Below, in pieces: positions 12,061 through 24,426 of a stretch of 64,000 nt of DNA (position 1 is the stretch's first letter; the number at the start of each line of letters is the position of its first letter). A program made the translations under genes and the position numbers. Under the pieces are notes generated by a model. That model was not told the origin of the DNA. It saw only the letters and a program-made list of their open reading frames with translations, and did not search any database. The DNA comes from Phallusia mammillata. Its lineage: Eukaryota. The stretch is taken from contig OZ281495.1 in NCBI GenBank assembly GCA_965637545.1, positions 4,340,001-4,404,000 on the forward strand, in the 5' to 3' direction.

Positions 12061-15000
12061 ATGACTTTTAAGTATTTGATTTTACTTTCTTTTTTCGTTT
12101 CACAGAGCGGGGAGTTTACGTATTTTGGTAAGTTGCGTTGTTTAAATTCATTAAATCTCTATTATGTCAATGTTAGAATTGTTTTTAAGGTTGCGGCTGT
12201 GGATACTTTTCCATCTCACCCTACAACACAACCTGGGCATCACATTACAAGGGAGTTTTGTACACATCCGAAATTTGTAATGCTGAGGCGGTGGGATGGT
12301 ATCTGACCTATCCAGAAAATGAATATTGGGGTTCACGAAGCCATGACTATGCTATGTATGACAATTTCACCGGTGACTGGGAACACGATGAGTTGAGCTA
12401 CATCGAATTTAATTCATCGTTGATGCAAAAACAAAATTGCATTGTCACAACATTAGAAGTAACAGTTTTATTAAATCAGTCTTTTGTCGGCATCAGAGTA
12501 TGGCTTGATTGGTTTTGCGTAAAGGATTATTGTTCCGTTGATGTTGCTCTAAAAATTCGAGGTAAATAAATCTTTTGTTTCTACAGCTGTTTAAAACAAC
12601 CAAATCTTGTTGCGTTTAGATTGCAGTTCGACTTTGCACAATGACGTCATAGTAACCGCATCTAGTTTTAATTTTAATCTATCTGGAAACTTCGGTTGTC
12701 AGAATGACGGAAAACTTTTCTATTCAAATGAAACACAATTGAAAAACACTGAAACAGTTTGTTTACAATCAGCTCTGTGGTGGGGTCAGGATGGATTGCA
12801 ATGCTGGAGAGGTTTGACTGAACTGTTTTAAGTGGTCGACATCAAAGTCCTTGCTCGAATATAATTTATTAACAGTATATTAACTTCAAAACGAAACGAA
12901 ATAGCATATATAACTTTTTTTGCTTTGTCATCTTCATGTAAATGGTTTCACGTCACAACATTGGATTATTTTTAGAACCTACAAATGTTACATTACAAGT
13001 CAAGTCAACAATGTGTAAAGCAGTTGGTGACACAATTACGTTGTCATGTTTGTACGATGACACATTGCCACAAGGAAACATGACAAACTTTTATATAGAT
13101 GGGGAAAAAACAACAGTTAAAAAGGTTGTCCATATTACTTACATATTTTGCACTAATAAATGCATTCAGACTGATACCTGTATGTTTGTAAGGGCGAGCC
13201 GTACTTGCTACATCTACAACAGCAACATGATGGAGCAGAGATATTTTGTCAAGCTGAAACACCTTTCACACACGTGTATTCAGAAACTGGAAGATCTGAT
13301 GTCATCACCATCAACGTATTTTGTAAGGTGCTGTCAAATATTTTTCCAAGCTTCCAATATTTAGAGTTTGCAGTTTTTTTGTAGCACAACCTGAAAATGT
13401 TCGAGTAACAATTGATACTTCGGATGACGTAATAAAGTCCGGCACAACAATATTTCTTAATTATTCTCAAAACGTTTCGCTTCATTGCACAAGCAACATA
13501 CACTCCGCTACTTGCCTTTGGAAACTCAATGAAACCATGCTTTCCAAGTCATGTGACACAACTCAATATTTCAACCAATCAGGGTTTGTCACCTGTCAAA
13601 TTTCAAATTGTGCTGGATCGCAGGAAAGTTCAAGAAAGCAAATAACTGTGGTGGATTCAAGTAAGTGTTTCATACATTTTTAGCGTTTTTGTCGCATTTT
13701 GGTGCTAGTAAATTCCCTTCATAGAAAGAAATGAAAGCTTCAAAACCTATATTTTTCAGGAATACCTATCATACAATCTAATTCAAACGACTTTCACCAA
13801 ATATTCCTGGGAGTTGATCTAACTTTGAACTGCAGTGTTTTGTATCAAAATGAGTTGAACACATCATTTTTGTGGGAAATCCCAGCAAAAGACAGAGAAC
13901 TTGACTTTTCAATGCCTATTCTCGAACTAAATAATTTGACAAGATTTGATTCGGGAAATTATTCTTGCATAACTTTTAATGGTTTTGGAGCTGCACAAAA
14001 CACGGTCTTCGTGGATGGTTTATGTAAGTATAAACGCCTTGTTTGCATAGGTTTTATGCGTTTTAACGAACTTGTGATTGGATTTTAGTTGCACCAGTTT
14101 CAGAGTATAGCAAAACCGTGAATTGCAGCCATGATGAAGTAGAAAACGGATTATGTGTGTTTCAATTTTTATCCAACCCTTTCGTAGACGCCTGGGCATT
14201 ATCCGCTAATGGTAAAAATTCCGACTTCAACCAGATGTATTCTTTTTTTACAACTTGTATTGAATTTTGTCACTTTTTGCAGAAACCTTCATTGACTGTT
14301 CTTTATGTTATATTGCTAAACAAGATGAGAGCAATTTGCAGACTTTTTATTTCATTATGGTACGTATTTTTTCTCATTACTTGTTTATAAGTTCTTTACA
14401 AATCAATTAGTTTGGTTCGAGCAAATTTCTGCCTTTACTTGCATGAATACAGTTTGTTTTTCGTATTTTATTTGCAGACGACTGAGCTGGATGAGAAGTA
14501 CGAACTCATTCTTAGATCGAGTTTATTTCCTGGTGAATCACTCATCGCTAATATCCACGTTACTTCAACTAATCCAACTCAACCAGAAACTTTTGACCAA
14601 ACAATCATAATAGTTTCATGTGTTGTTGGGAGCATTGTGTTCGTTGCCATTGTAATTGCGGTCGTATTTTTCTATCGGCGAAACTACATTCCGAAAAATT
14701 CAGGTTAGAACCGATTTGTTTTTTATTGTTAACGGAATGATCAATAATGTTACCATTATTATGAATTACATTCTGAGCTATATTTGCGCTTTAAAAGGGC
14801 GGATGTTTTGCGTGGTATGATTTATAAGATTTCGGAGAATAAATGACCCTGCTCGTGTTACTTTCATTATTTTGTTGACTGGACAAAATCTTTTTTGATT
14901 TTCGACGAAAATACCATTTATGACTAATATAATTCCCTTTCACATACAAGGATGGTGGTTACCAAGTGGCTCTGTTAGTTTTTACCATTACGTTTTTCAC

Positions 15001-15448
15001 AATAACCGTTGGTAATGTATTGTAACTAAACTTTTAGAAAAGACCACCAAACAAGATGTCGTATACTTGAACACCTTAACAGACGGCAAGCAACAAAGTA
15101 CTATAAATAAAATAGAGTTCACGACGCCAGAAAACCTTTATGAGGAAATAATCAATACCGCTTACCAAAACGATGGTGGGTAGAGCAAAATTATATAAAA
15201 TTATATTATATATTGTATTAAGCATCTACTTCGTGTTTTATTTTGTATTGTGGTTTTTGTAGTCAATCAAATGTTTTTAGCATCTTTTCAATGTTTTTTT
15301 AAGGGTTTGTAGTCGATCAAGCCAATTCAAACTATGTTGTGTCGTCGCACATCAAAACAGAAAACCCATACGGTTGGTGAATATTAAAACCTTTTTTTAT
15401 ATTTTTTTGTGTGATGTTTTATATTGTTTTACAGCAACTGGCATCTGA
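12061..15448 (+). CDS. Receptor B: type-I membrane protein, SP + N-terminal domain + sushi + 3 Ig + membrane-proximal domain + TM + tyrosine-motif tail (about 695 aa)
   Basis: 13 phase-consistent exons: 12061-12127, 12190-12561, 12620-12811, 12976-13124, 13193-13322, 13385-13660, 13760-14023, 14089-14211, 14283-14359, 14478-14703, 15038-15175, 15313-15372, 15435-15448. TM is IIIVSCVVGSIVFVAIVIAVVFFY followed by RR. Tail has VVYLN, NLYEEI, TAYQN, SNYVVS and PYATGI*. Confidence 0.85.
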
Positions 15449-16579
15449 CGTTTGAAGCCATGCCATCTGTATAGTCCTGGAGAAGATTTTTACTTTTCTC
15501 AATACAAAAAATGACTGTCTCAAAGTTACTGTCTACATTATTTGTCGTCTTTTTTTTCGTTTAAAAATGGATCGTCTTGTGATTGTAACGTATGCATTTT
15601 AATAAAATGCCTGATTTCCGATGTTTCATAGCAATGCGTAATTGTTTTCGTTTTATTGCGCAATTACGATCTGTCCAGACAGGGATGTAATTCCCCACCT
15701 GTAATTCGTAGTGCAAACATTTGAAATCTTTTCGTTTATGTAGGTTTCATTGCACATTTCGGTTACTGTTTATTATTACCTGGTCGCATAAATTTTCAAA
15801 TCTTTTTTGTGACCATATTCAGGCTGCACCGTTTAATTTTTTTTGAAAAGTTTTTAAAAAAAAAAAGATTACACATTTATGATTGGATTTTGACACGTTT
15901 TAATGCTGAATAACGCGATTATTTTTTCTTGTCTGTTGTTTTTAAAGTTGCATTTGGAAAAAAAGTTTCTTGTTTTCAAAGCAAATAGATAGATTGGAAG
16001 TAATGTACATTTAATTTTTAAGTATACGATGTGCGGATCTTTGCTAAAATACAGAGCAAAGCATATACCTGTTTTCCATTGGAGCATTTAACTTATGGTG
16101 GCTGATAGATTTTCTAACTTACAAACATTCTGCTGTCTGTTTGTGTTTAAATGTGTCTCAAATTTAAACAAAAAAATATATTTTAAAGAATGGTGTTTAA
16201 TGAAAAATACTTCTTTCGTTTTTTAATGCCAAAGCGGTGAATGTCATTATGTGGTCTTGTAAAACAATAAGTTTTTTTTTTTTCAATATTGGCTCATCTG
16301 TTTGGGGATTTGCAAACATCTAAAACAATAAGTTAAACATGTAAGGACCCTGAAAACATCTTTGTCGCGAAAGCCATTTAGGACGTTTGTTAGTAATTCA
16401 TTTAAGCATAGACATATTCTAAACGATTTATTAAAAATAATAAAAAACGACCATTTAAAATACAACCTTGTGTTTTATAACGTTCTGAAATTACAACTTT
16501 AACTATCACCACAAATGACTTGCTTACGTCCCTCCACGCGTTGCTAGCTCATCATTTGTCGATTTGATAAGTGGTACTC

Positions 16580-19500
16580 ATGCAATGTAAATGGAAATAT
16601 TTGATGCTTCAGGAAAGATGTTTAAGGTTACTGTTTTCATTTCTAATATTACTGAAGGAATCTTTTCCGTTTTCAGGTAATTGCAGAATTTGTAAAAATT
16701 TTTCACTAGTAAGTTATTTGCTACTCAGGTTGTGGTTGTGAGAACACAAATTTGACACCACTTTACACCACTTGGGCTTCACAGTACAAAGGGATACTTT
16801 ATAAAGCCGAATTCTGTAATATAGATGAGGTGCAGTGTATACTATCCTGAGAATGAATATTGGGGTTCCAGATCTCATGACCTAACTGTACATTGTCGTT
16901 ACTCAAGTGACATGTGGAAGCACTTGGAATTTGACTACAACGAGTTTAAATCGTCTTTAAAAGCGAATGAAAGTTGTTTTGTTACAACATTGAAAGTAAC
17001 AATCCCTTTAAACAAGTATTTTAACGGCATTAATTTGCAGTTAACCTGCCAAGATGCTTGCATAGTTCAGGATTTCATAATAAATGTCAAAGATAAGTAA
17101 ATGTCTACATTGCTTCGCCACTTCATGAGAGATTGTACTTTTTCTTCAGGTCTAAAAAAGCAAAACCTTTACTTTTGTCCTAATCAAGAAAAACTGTTTT
17201 ATTCAGAGTCAATAAAATTAATTGATACTCAAACGGTTTGTTTGGAATCAGCTCTATGATTGGGTCAGGATGGATTACAATGCTGGAAAGGTTTGCGCAA
17301 GTTTATGTGTTCGTATTAAATCGTTACTTAGCGTGACCAAACGCCGATTGAATTTAACAACGCTAAAATGTTTTTATCTTGATTTTACATTTTTAATTTA
17401 ACAGAATTTTTTTCAAGATGTCGATTTTTTTTTAACTTCGTTAACTTTTATCTACGTTTAGCGCCTATTGTGTCTTTATAACACAACTCGACATCCTGTA
17501 ATGTGGTTGATGATACATTAAGTTTTTCATGTTTATACGATGACACATTGCCACAAGGAAATATGACAAAGTTCGTTGTTGAAGAAAATAATTATGTTTT
17601 TGGAAAAGTTAAGTGTTTTTGACAATAATAATTAATAGTTTTTAATTAAACATATGCATATAATTTATTAAAGGGCCAAACTTTTTTATTTTCCCTACGA
17701 AAACAACACAGCGGTTTACAAATATTTTGTCGAGCTCAAACACTTTTCACACAAATATATGCCGAAAGTAGGACATTGTTTTTATTCCTACGTTGTGTAA
17801 GATTGAATTTTTCTATATTAAATTGTTCAGACAAAACGTATGACGTTGTTTTGAGACCACGTGTGTCAACCGACATCCTTCACTCCGGTTCACGCGCACT
17901 ACTTAATGGAAATCAAGATGTGACGTTGTTTTGTGACACCGATGCCAATCCAAAAGCTAACTGCTCATTTAAATATGCTAATAAGAGTTTAGCATCATGC
18001 GAAATAACTCAAAATGTCAGATCACCATTGTTTGTCACGTGTTTTGCTATAAATGTGTATAGAAATGGGGAATCCCCGTTGCTGGAACTGGTTGTGGTTG
18101 AAGAAAGTGAAAATAAGTAAATTAATTGTAAAAAATAAAAATATAAAGTAACGCACTGCTTTACTAAAACTCCCAGCATAAATGTTGATTTAAATGACAC
18201 TGATCTTATAGTTGCCGGCCATGACGTAACTTTAAACTGCAGCCTTCCGTACCAAGACGAACTAATGGCTTTTTTCAATTGGGAAATCCCATCAGCAAAC
18301 AGGGACGTCGAAACAAGGACCGCGCCTCTGCAACTGAAGAATTTGACCAGATAATGACTGGGGAAATTACTTGTGCTTGACCGACTCTGCATTTGGCAAA
18401 GCATCACACACAAAGTTTTTGGACGTTTATTGTATGTATTTTAGTAACAAACTACAACCGATTCTTGTCAAACTCATACACAATTTGCTAAACTCCATAT
18501 GTCATTAGGCGGCTTGCGACTGAACAGAATGATCTGTTGGAAAAGTTATAATAATTATTACGCTTTAGTCGCCCCTGAAGAGATCGGCTCCCACACTGTT
18601 TGTGATTGGAAGGAAGTGGAAAAGGGAGCTTGTTTGGTTAATTTCAATACAAATCCTGCAACACAATCCTACATGTTGTCGCAAAACGGTGAGTTGATAA
18701 AGTGGATGAATTTTTCCTTCCAACGCTGACACTATATGTGATGTTTTGTAGGTACGAAAGTAGCCTACAATGCAATTCTTGTCAACTTATTTTTCTGACA
18801 ACCACCGAACAAGTGTTTATTCTTAAACTAAACGTAAGTTACTAACCATGGTTTGTATTTTTGTCTAATCGTTTTTTGAGTGTTTAAAGTGATTATCTCA
18901 ATCTGTGTGTCACAAACTGTTTTCTGACTTGATCCTTGGGAAGCTGTTGGTTTGAAAATCACCCCTGATAGCTAAATACATGCCTATTTTTTTCTCGTTG
19001 CGCTAAGTCGCTTACTTTAATTACTCCAGCAGCTTATTTAACTGGCTTTAGGTGTACCAAGCCGGCGCCTGTGAACCAGTGTTTAAAATAATGTTTTACA
19101 CTTATAATACAATTACACATACATACTTATATTACGCATACACTGAACTACAATATTACATTAGTCAACAGGTATTGGTGAAAATTATAGTCTGGCGCTC
19201 TATTCAGCAAGCTTTCCAGACAAACAACTGATTATCGATTTTCAAATTTTATGGAAACCCCACACATCAGGCAGAAACGAAGCTGCAATAATAGTTCTAG
19301 TGTGGTCGGTGGTCTTATGCTTGCTGTTGCTGTTTCTGCAATTGTAGTGATGATTTACAGAAGAAAACAAAACACGACAAAATAAGGCAAGCATGTTTTG
19401 TTTCCTAGCTTTTCAAATTTTCATTTAAATTCATGTATTTTTTTTATGGTGACTGAAAATGTTGATCTGCACGATAACAGAATTTATCTGTTTGGTAATT

Positions 19501-19760
19501 TTAGGAATCAAAAGGAAAACCGATGTTGTTTACGTAAACACTCGTATGGATCACACCCAGCGAATTCAAAAAGTTCTAAGCTTCTCAGATGCGGCAGAAA
19601 ACGCCGTATGTTGCACGCCCCTGGTTGAATGTATCAGGTATAATTTGGCTTAAAATAGAATTAATGCGTCAATTGTACTTTTCAGTTAATGATGTTAGAC
19701 TAAATAATGGAAAGATTTCCATTGCAGACCGAAACGAAGAAACTTATGGTAAATACACTA
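16580..19760 (+). pseudogene. Receptor pseudogene C
   Basis: Signal exon ends at 16676. Exon 2 has a frameshifting deletion near 16840 (GTGCAGTGTATA-CTATCC vs GTGCAGTGGATAGTAAACTATCC in E) and its donor is mutated. The sushi exon is truncated and has TGA at 17257. Two Ig exons are missing. The last Ig exon has TAA near 18353. The TM exon (about 19270-19385) is frameshifted. Tail exon has DVVYVN. Confidence 0.85.
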
Positions 19761-20534
19761 ATTTTTAATGAGCAAAAAGGTCAAACAACTTGTTCAATTA
19801 ATCAAACGTTCTGCCATAAACTGGCTTTCAATCGATGATATATATTTTTGTGTCAAAAAAGATTATTATTTGGTGCTAGCACCCATCAATTTAGTGTTGG
19901 TATATTAAAGGTTTATTTTGTTTTTGTTTCAGCTACTTGTATATAAACGAGAAAACATGCATCGCATCAAACAATCTTTATCCAAATTGGTCTTCATTGG
20001 CTCATACGTTTTTTTATGCAACAAGAGAATTAAGACAAAAAGTAATCTCATGTTGCTATGATGCAGAATCGTTATTTTATTACATGCCTTCCAATTTTGC
20101 CTCAGTCTTAGTTTATTTGAGTTTTGACGGGCGAATATAAACACTACGTTCCCGTTACAATTCAATAAATGTCAGAAAGGAAACAACGTCAGTATAGATT
20201 GATCATGGAACATAACAGTATTAGAAGATCCAGGTTACACACTAAAACAAAATTGTTATTAATGGCAAGCAGGATTAATTTCTTCATCAGCAAAATTAAA
20301 ACTATTTTCAGAATTTATGTTGCAACAATTCTGGCCATTTGTACATAATAGGCTAAGTAATGCCTACGTAAGCGTAGATACAAACACAATCCGGAAGACC
20401 ATAGAAATATGGAACATACATTAAAGCAATAACAGTAAACCGGGTTAAAAATATGCGTCAAAAGCATTCTACGTCTACCCGAACTTCAGGGATAGTATCC
20501 AAATCAAAAACCAAACAACGATTAAACTTGGAAA

Positions 20535-23051
20535 CTATCTTGTGTACAAAATGAAAGCAAATGGAAGCGTGCAAGCGTTCAGCATGCTGTTCATGTTGTT
20601 TTTCTTGTCTTCACCAGCAGGCTAGAGAAAAATAACAGATTTTACTGCTTTGGGGAAAAGAATAGTTTTAATCCTGGGCGCATATTTACCTTTTAATAAA
20701 CTAACTGCGAAGACACTATAAGTTGTTCAAACCGCATTTATTTTTTTACTTACACATCCAACTTTAAAAGATACCCAATAGCTAGAACAAGCAGAGCTCC
20801 AACTACCAAACCAGTAAATATGAGGGCAATCCATCCACCTTCGGGGATAGCTGCAAGCAACACAGTACAGATGTAACTTAGTAGATGAAATAATGTGTTA
20901 AACTTTAAAACACAATATTACCTGTTACGTATTCACCCGGCCCCAAAATTCTTTGATAGCCTACAATTTACCAAAACAAAATAGTTAAAATAAAAGCATC
21001 ATGCAAATGAATTGCTGAAAGTACACATAGATTCGATATATTACTCCCAACAAACTGAGTGCTGTAAGAAGGCTACACTAGCCTATACGGACAATCTCTC
21101 GTCACCAGCTCAACACTGACCAGACCCTATAGGTCGAAACAGTGTGCAATGTCTGCAAAATAGTTTTAAATCATTCACAAAATATGGGAACAAATTTTAC
21201 CTGTTGCTCTACAACTGCCAGTTAACGAAAAGCCGTGATTTGCGCATGTGGCGCGCACTATTCCGTTACAGCCGGTTGGACAAGTCAAATCAACTGTTTG
21301 CCCAACCAACACATTGCCTGTAGACAGTGCTAAACAATTTCCACATTCACCACAAGGTATCGTACCAGAGCAAGTTTCTAGATATTAAATAAGTAGCGTG
21401 GATTTTGCTGGCAACAAAGTTGATGCAACATGTTGTTTTTTTGTTTTTGTAAATATGTTAAAAACTAAATCAATTGGTTTTGAAACAGCTGAACAAACTT
21501 GAGCTTATAGAAATAACATATTATTACCTGGATTGTAGATGACTTGAAACTTGCCAGTGATATCACACACAGCTTGGCCTTTACCCTCCAAACAAGTTAA
21601 TTGTATCACTGTGCCGTAGTTGACACTACCCACAATATTCGGTGAGCACTTAGAAACGTTTAATTCTGCGGTGTTGCAGGTAACTAAAATGTGTGAAAAA
21701 GATATTTGCTTATTAAAAAAGATGTTGCAAATGGTGTTCAAATATTGCGTATATCATTTTTACGGAAAATTAACGTTTAGATTATCTTACCTTTTACACA
21801 ATTATTAGTGTAATTAAAGGTTCCGTCAAACTGACATATTCCGTAAGCTGTTCCTTCGAAACCTTCTGAGCATACAAACGTTATATTCTCTCCAAGATTT
21901 GAACTTGTCGTTAATGATGTATTTACACCGTTTTCGGGAGGTCCGTCACAATCTAAGTTGCACACGATTTGTTACCCAGCTATGGTCATTTTTATTACGC
22001 CTATAAGACTATTATTTCACACAATTTTTATCAGGTAATTACCTAAATTTACCGTGTTTGGAAGAGACATGAAGAAAGGGTAAACTGTTCCCAAGAGGCA
22101 AACTTTGGGAGGAATTTTATCAAAACCATTTGGTGAAATATCTTACAAAACAATTTACCAAAACCATTCGCATCGGTAAAGCTCAGATCAATTAATACGC
22201 AGAAATCCCTAATAAACATTATTACTTATCATTATAAAGTTAAGATGAAGTTAATCTTACCAGCTTGTGCTTACAAGTTATCTTATCTAAAGATTTAGTT
22301 AAGGCGGGCGTTATTCCATTTATTCCTAACCTTCAACCACAGAAAAGACCGCATCTCCAAAAAATGGTTGACCAACAATATCTGGTGCAATCACTACACC
22401 GCTGTCATTTTGATGCACCGGGTTGATTTCCAGAAAAATCATTACTGGGTTGGTGTTGGTAATACTTGAAAAAAAAATCACACTTATGGTTGAAACAAGC
22501 TTAAAACTAGACTTAAATTATTTCGTGGGTTTTGTTATGTTAAAAAAGAAGTAATTAACACGTTTACAGTACAAAGCGTTGTACACCTTGTGCTTTTCCA
22601 CTAAATGGAAAAAGTTACATCTCCATTTGTTTGTTTTGACAATATTTTATTAGGTTTGTCAGATGTTTACCTAGTAATTATTCGAGCTTCTGTAGATGGT
22701 GTACATGACACAGATCCAGAAGAATAATCGCAAGTCGAAATCGTCTTGAAAAATACAAAGTACCTAAAACCTTATTCCACTTGTAGTTTAGTTCACACAC
22801 AACAGAATTACTTACCTTTCCACCAACATTCCAATCTAGAAGAAAATTTCTTCTTGACACACCAAGAAAAAGCTGTGCAACTGAACCTTCAATCTGTTTT
22901 CCGGTTGTGGTTCCCAACTGAACAGGCGGATAAACTGCAAAGCAAAGAACATTGCGAACAATCAGCCCCAATAAATGTGCATCTACGTACCTAATTGTCC
23001 ATAAGATTGACTCATTGTCCACATAAGAATAAGTAATGAGAACTTGAACAT
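20535..23051 (-). CDS. Gene D: single-TM protein with an atypical Ig-V-like domain and 3 sushi/sushi-like domains, short tail (fester-like architecture)
   Basis: Minus exons: 23051-22991 (MFKFSLLILMWTMSQSYGQL), 22934-22816, 22744-22671, 22464-22331 (LEINPVHQNDSGVVIA), 22141-22043, 21952-21791 (CDGPPENG...ITFVCSEGFEGTAYGICQFDGTFNYTNNC), 21683-21528, 21377-21201 (VDLTCPTGCNGIVRATC), 20960-20922 and TM exon 20850-20754 (WIALIFTGLVVGALLVLAIGYLL). 3' exons are ambiguous; both alternatives I could build give a short tail. Confidence 0.75.
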
Positions 23052-24426
23052 TGCGTATTTTTGCACAGGCACGAAGTTAGATTTCCTGCGTTAAACACAC
23101 GACCGTTTCTCTTATAATATCAGACAAGCTGTGTTTGGTAATGGAACGGGATTGCTACACCGGAGTTGCGAAAATGTTTGCACAGTAAAACCAATAAAGC
23201 GCCAAACAGAAAAAAAAGTCTTGCGGGTTTTGAATTGAAACAAAATGAAACAATTTTACCGTTATTCCGAGCAAGCTAAAAAACAGAGTTTAATGTAGAA
23301 AAGGATAACAGATGATTTAACATTTAAATTCGCATTTGTCACCAAAATATTAGTTGTAGAAAGTATTTGATTCCAATGCTATTGCAGAAACAGCACGTTT
23401 TAATATTTTTCAGCTTAGCAATAAACTTTATTTGTTTTCTAAGTAGACCGTAGACTGAAGGCCCGTGCTGATGTCGTTATGAATGTATTATTACTTTATG
23501 ACCAAATTGCAATGATTTGGCTCTATACTGGTGCAGTGCTCTTGAACTTTTTTTGTTGTACCTCCTTTATAATTTTCAAGCCACTTTGTATACCTCAAAA
23601 ATAGCAATCGTTTTAACTAATAATAAGTTGTTTGGTCAAGCGTCCTAATTGCATACTAGGCACAGGAAATTTAGCATACAAAGTTAAAAACAACAAAAAT
23701 CAAAGGTTATTTAATTGTTTTGACAAATCTGGACCTATCGTGATGTTAGCTCGTTAAAAGATTTCCTCATTAAAAAAATCAGTTTCGGATATTTAGTTCT
23801 GTTCGTATAACCCAATGTCAACAAGACTGGGAAACCCTTTATTACTGTACACAGAAAAAGCACAATGACTTTTTTGGACAAAGTAACATGCCCAACACTA
23901 AGTCTGAGCATGTGAGTGGTGCATTGCTTCATATTCTTGTTTATACTTTATAATTCGCTTTACCGACGCAACAATCCCACAAAAAAACCCATCACGAAGT
24001 AAAAATAACAGAACGCAGTTCCTTACTGACAGTATCCTTAAAACTAGTAGTGTAGCCTTCAGTAGCACTGAGTCAAGTTATATTTACTGCGTATTTAACA
24101 TCGTTGCATTATATGCTCTAGTTTTAATGTAAGATACACTAGCGTATACAGAATATCTAATGGAAGAGCAATGCGACAGTGTCACTAGTCGTAGCAATTT
24201 GATTCCTAAACAGTTGATTTGTAAGCTACAAATTACGTTTAAAGAAAATTAGTGGTTCATATTTTCGATAGAGTAGCTTACTACTCGTGTCCTGCTTAAG
24301 ACAATACACAAAACATCAGAAACTTGTCAGAATGCTTTGTGTTTCTAATTTTTTTTTCTGATTAAATTCCCGATCAAACAGCACACACTTTGTTTCTTTC
24401 AAGTATTAAAACAGCACAACAGACAA
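23052..24426. promoter_or_regulatory. Putative bidirectional promoter between divergent genes D and E
   Basis: The start codons of D (minus, 23051) and E (plus, 24427) point away from each other, 1.4 kb apart. Positional inference only; no TSS data. Confidence 0.45.

Noticed and set aside
21045-21061. 17-nt candidate micro-exon in gene D
   Set aside because: It would shift phase relative to the following phase-1 exons, so it was left out of the model.
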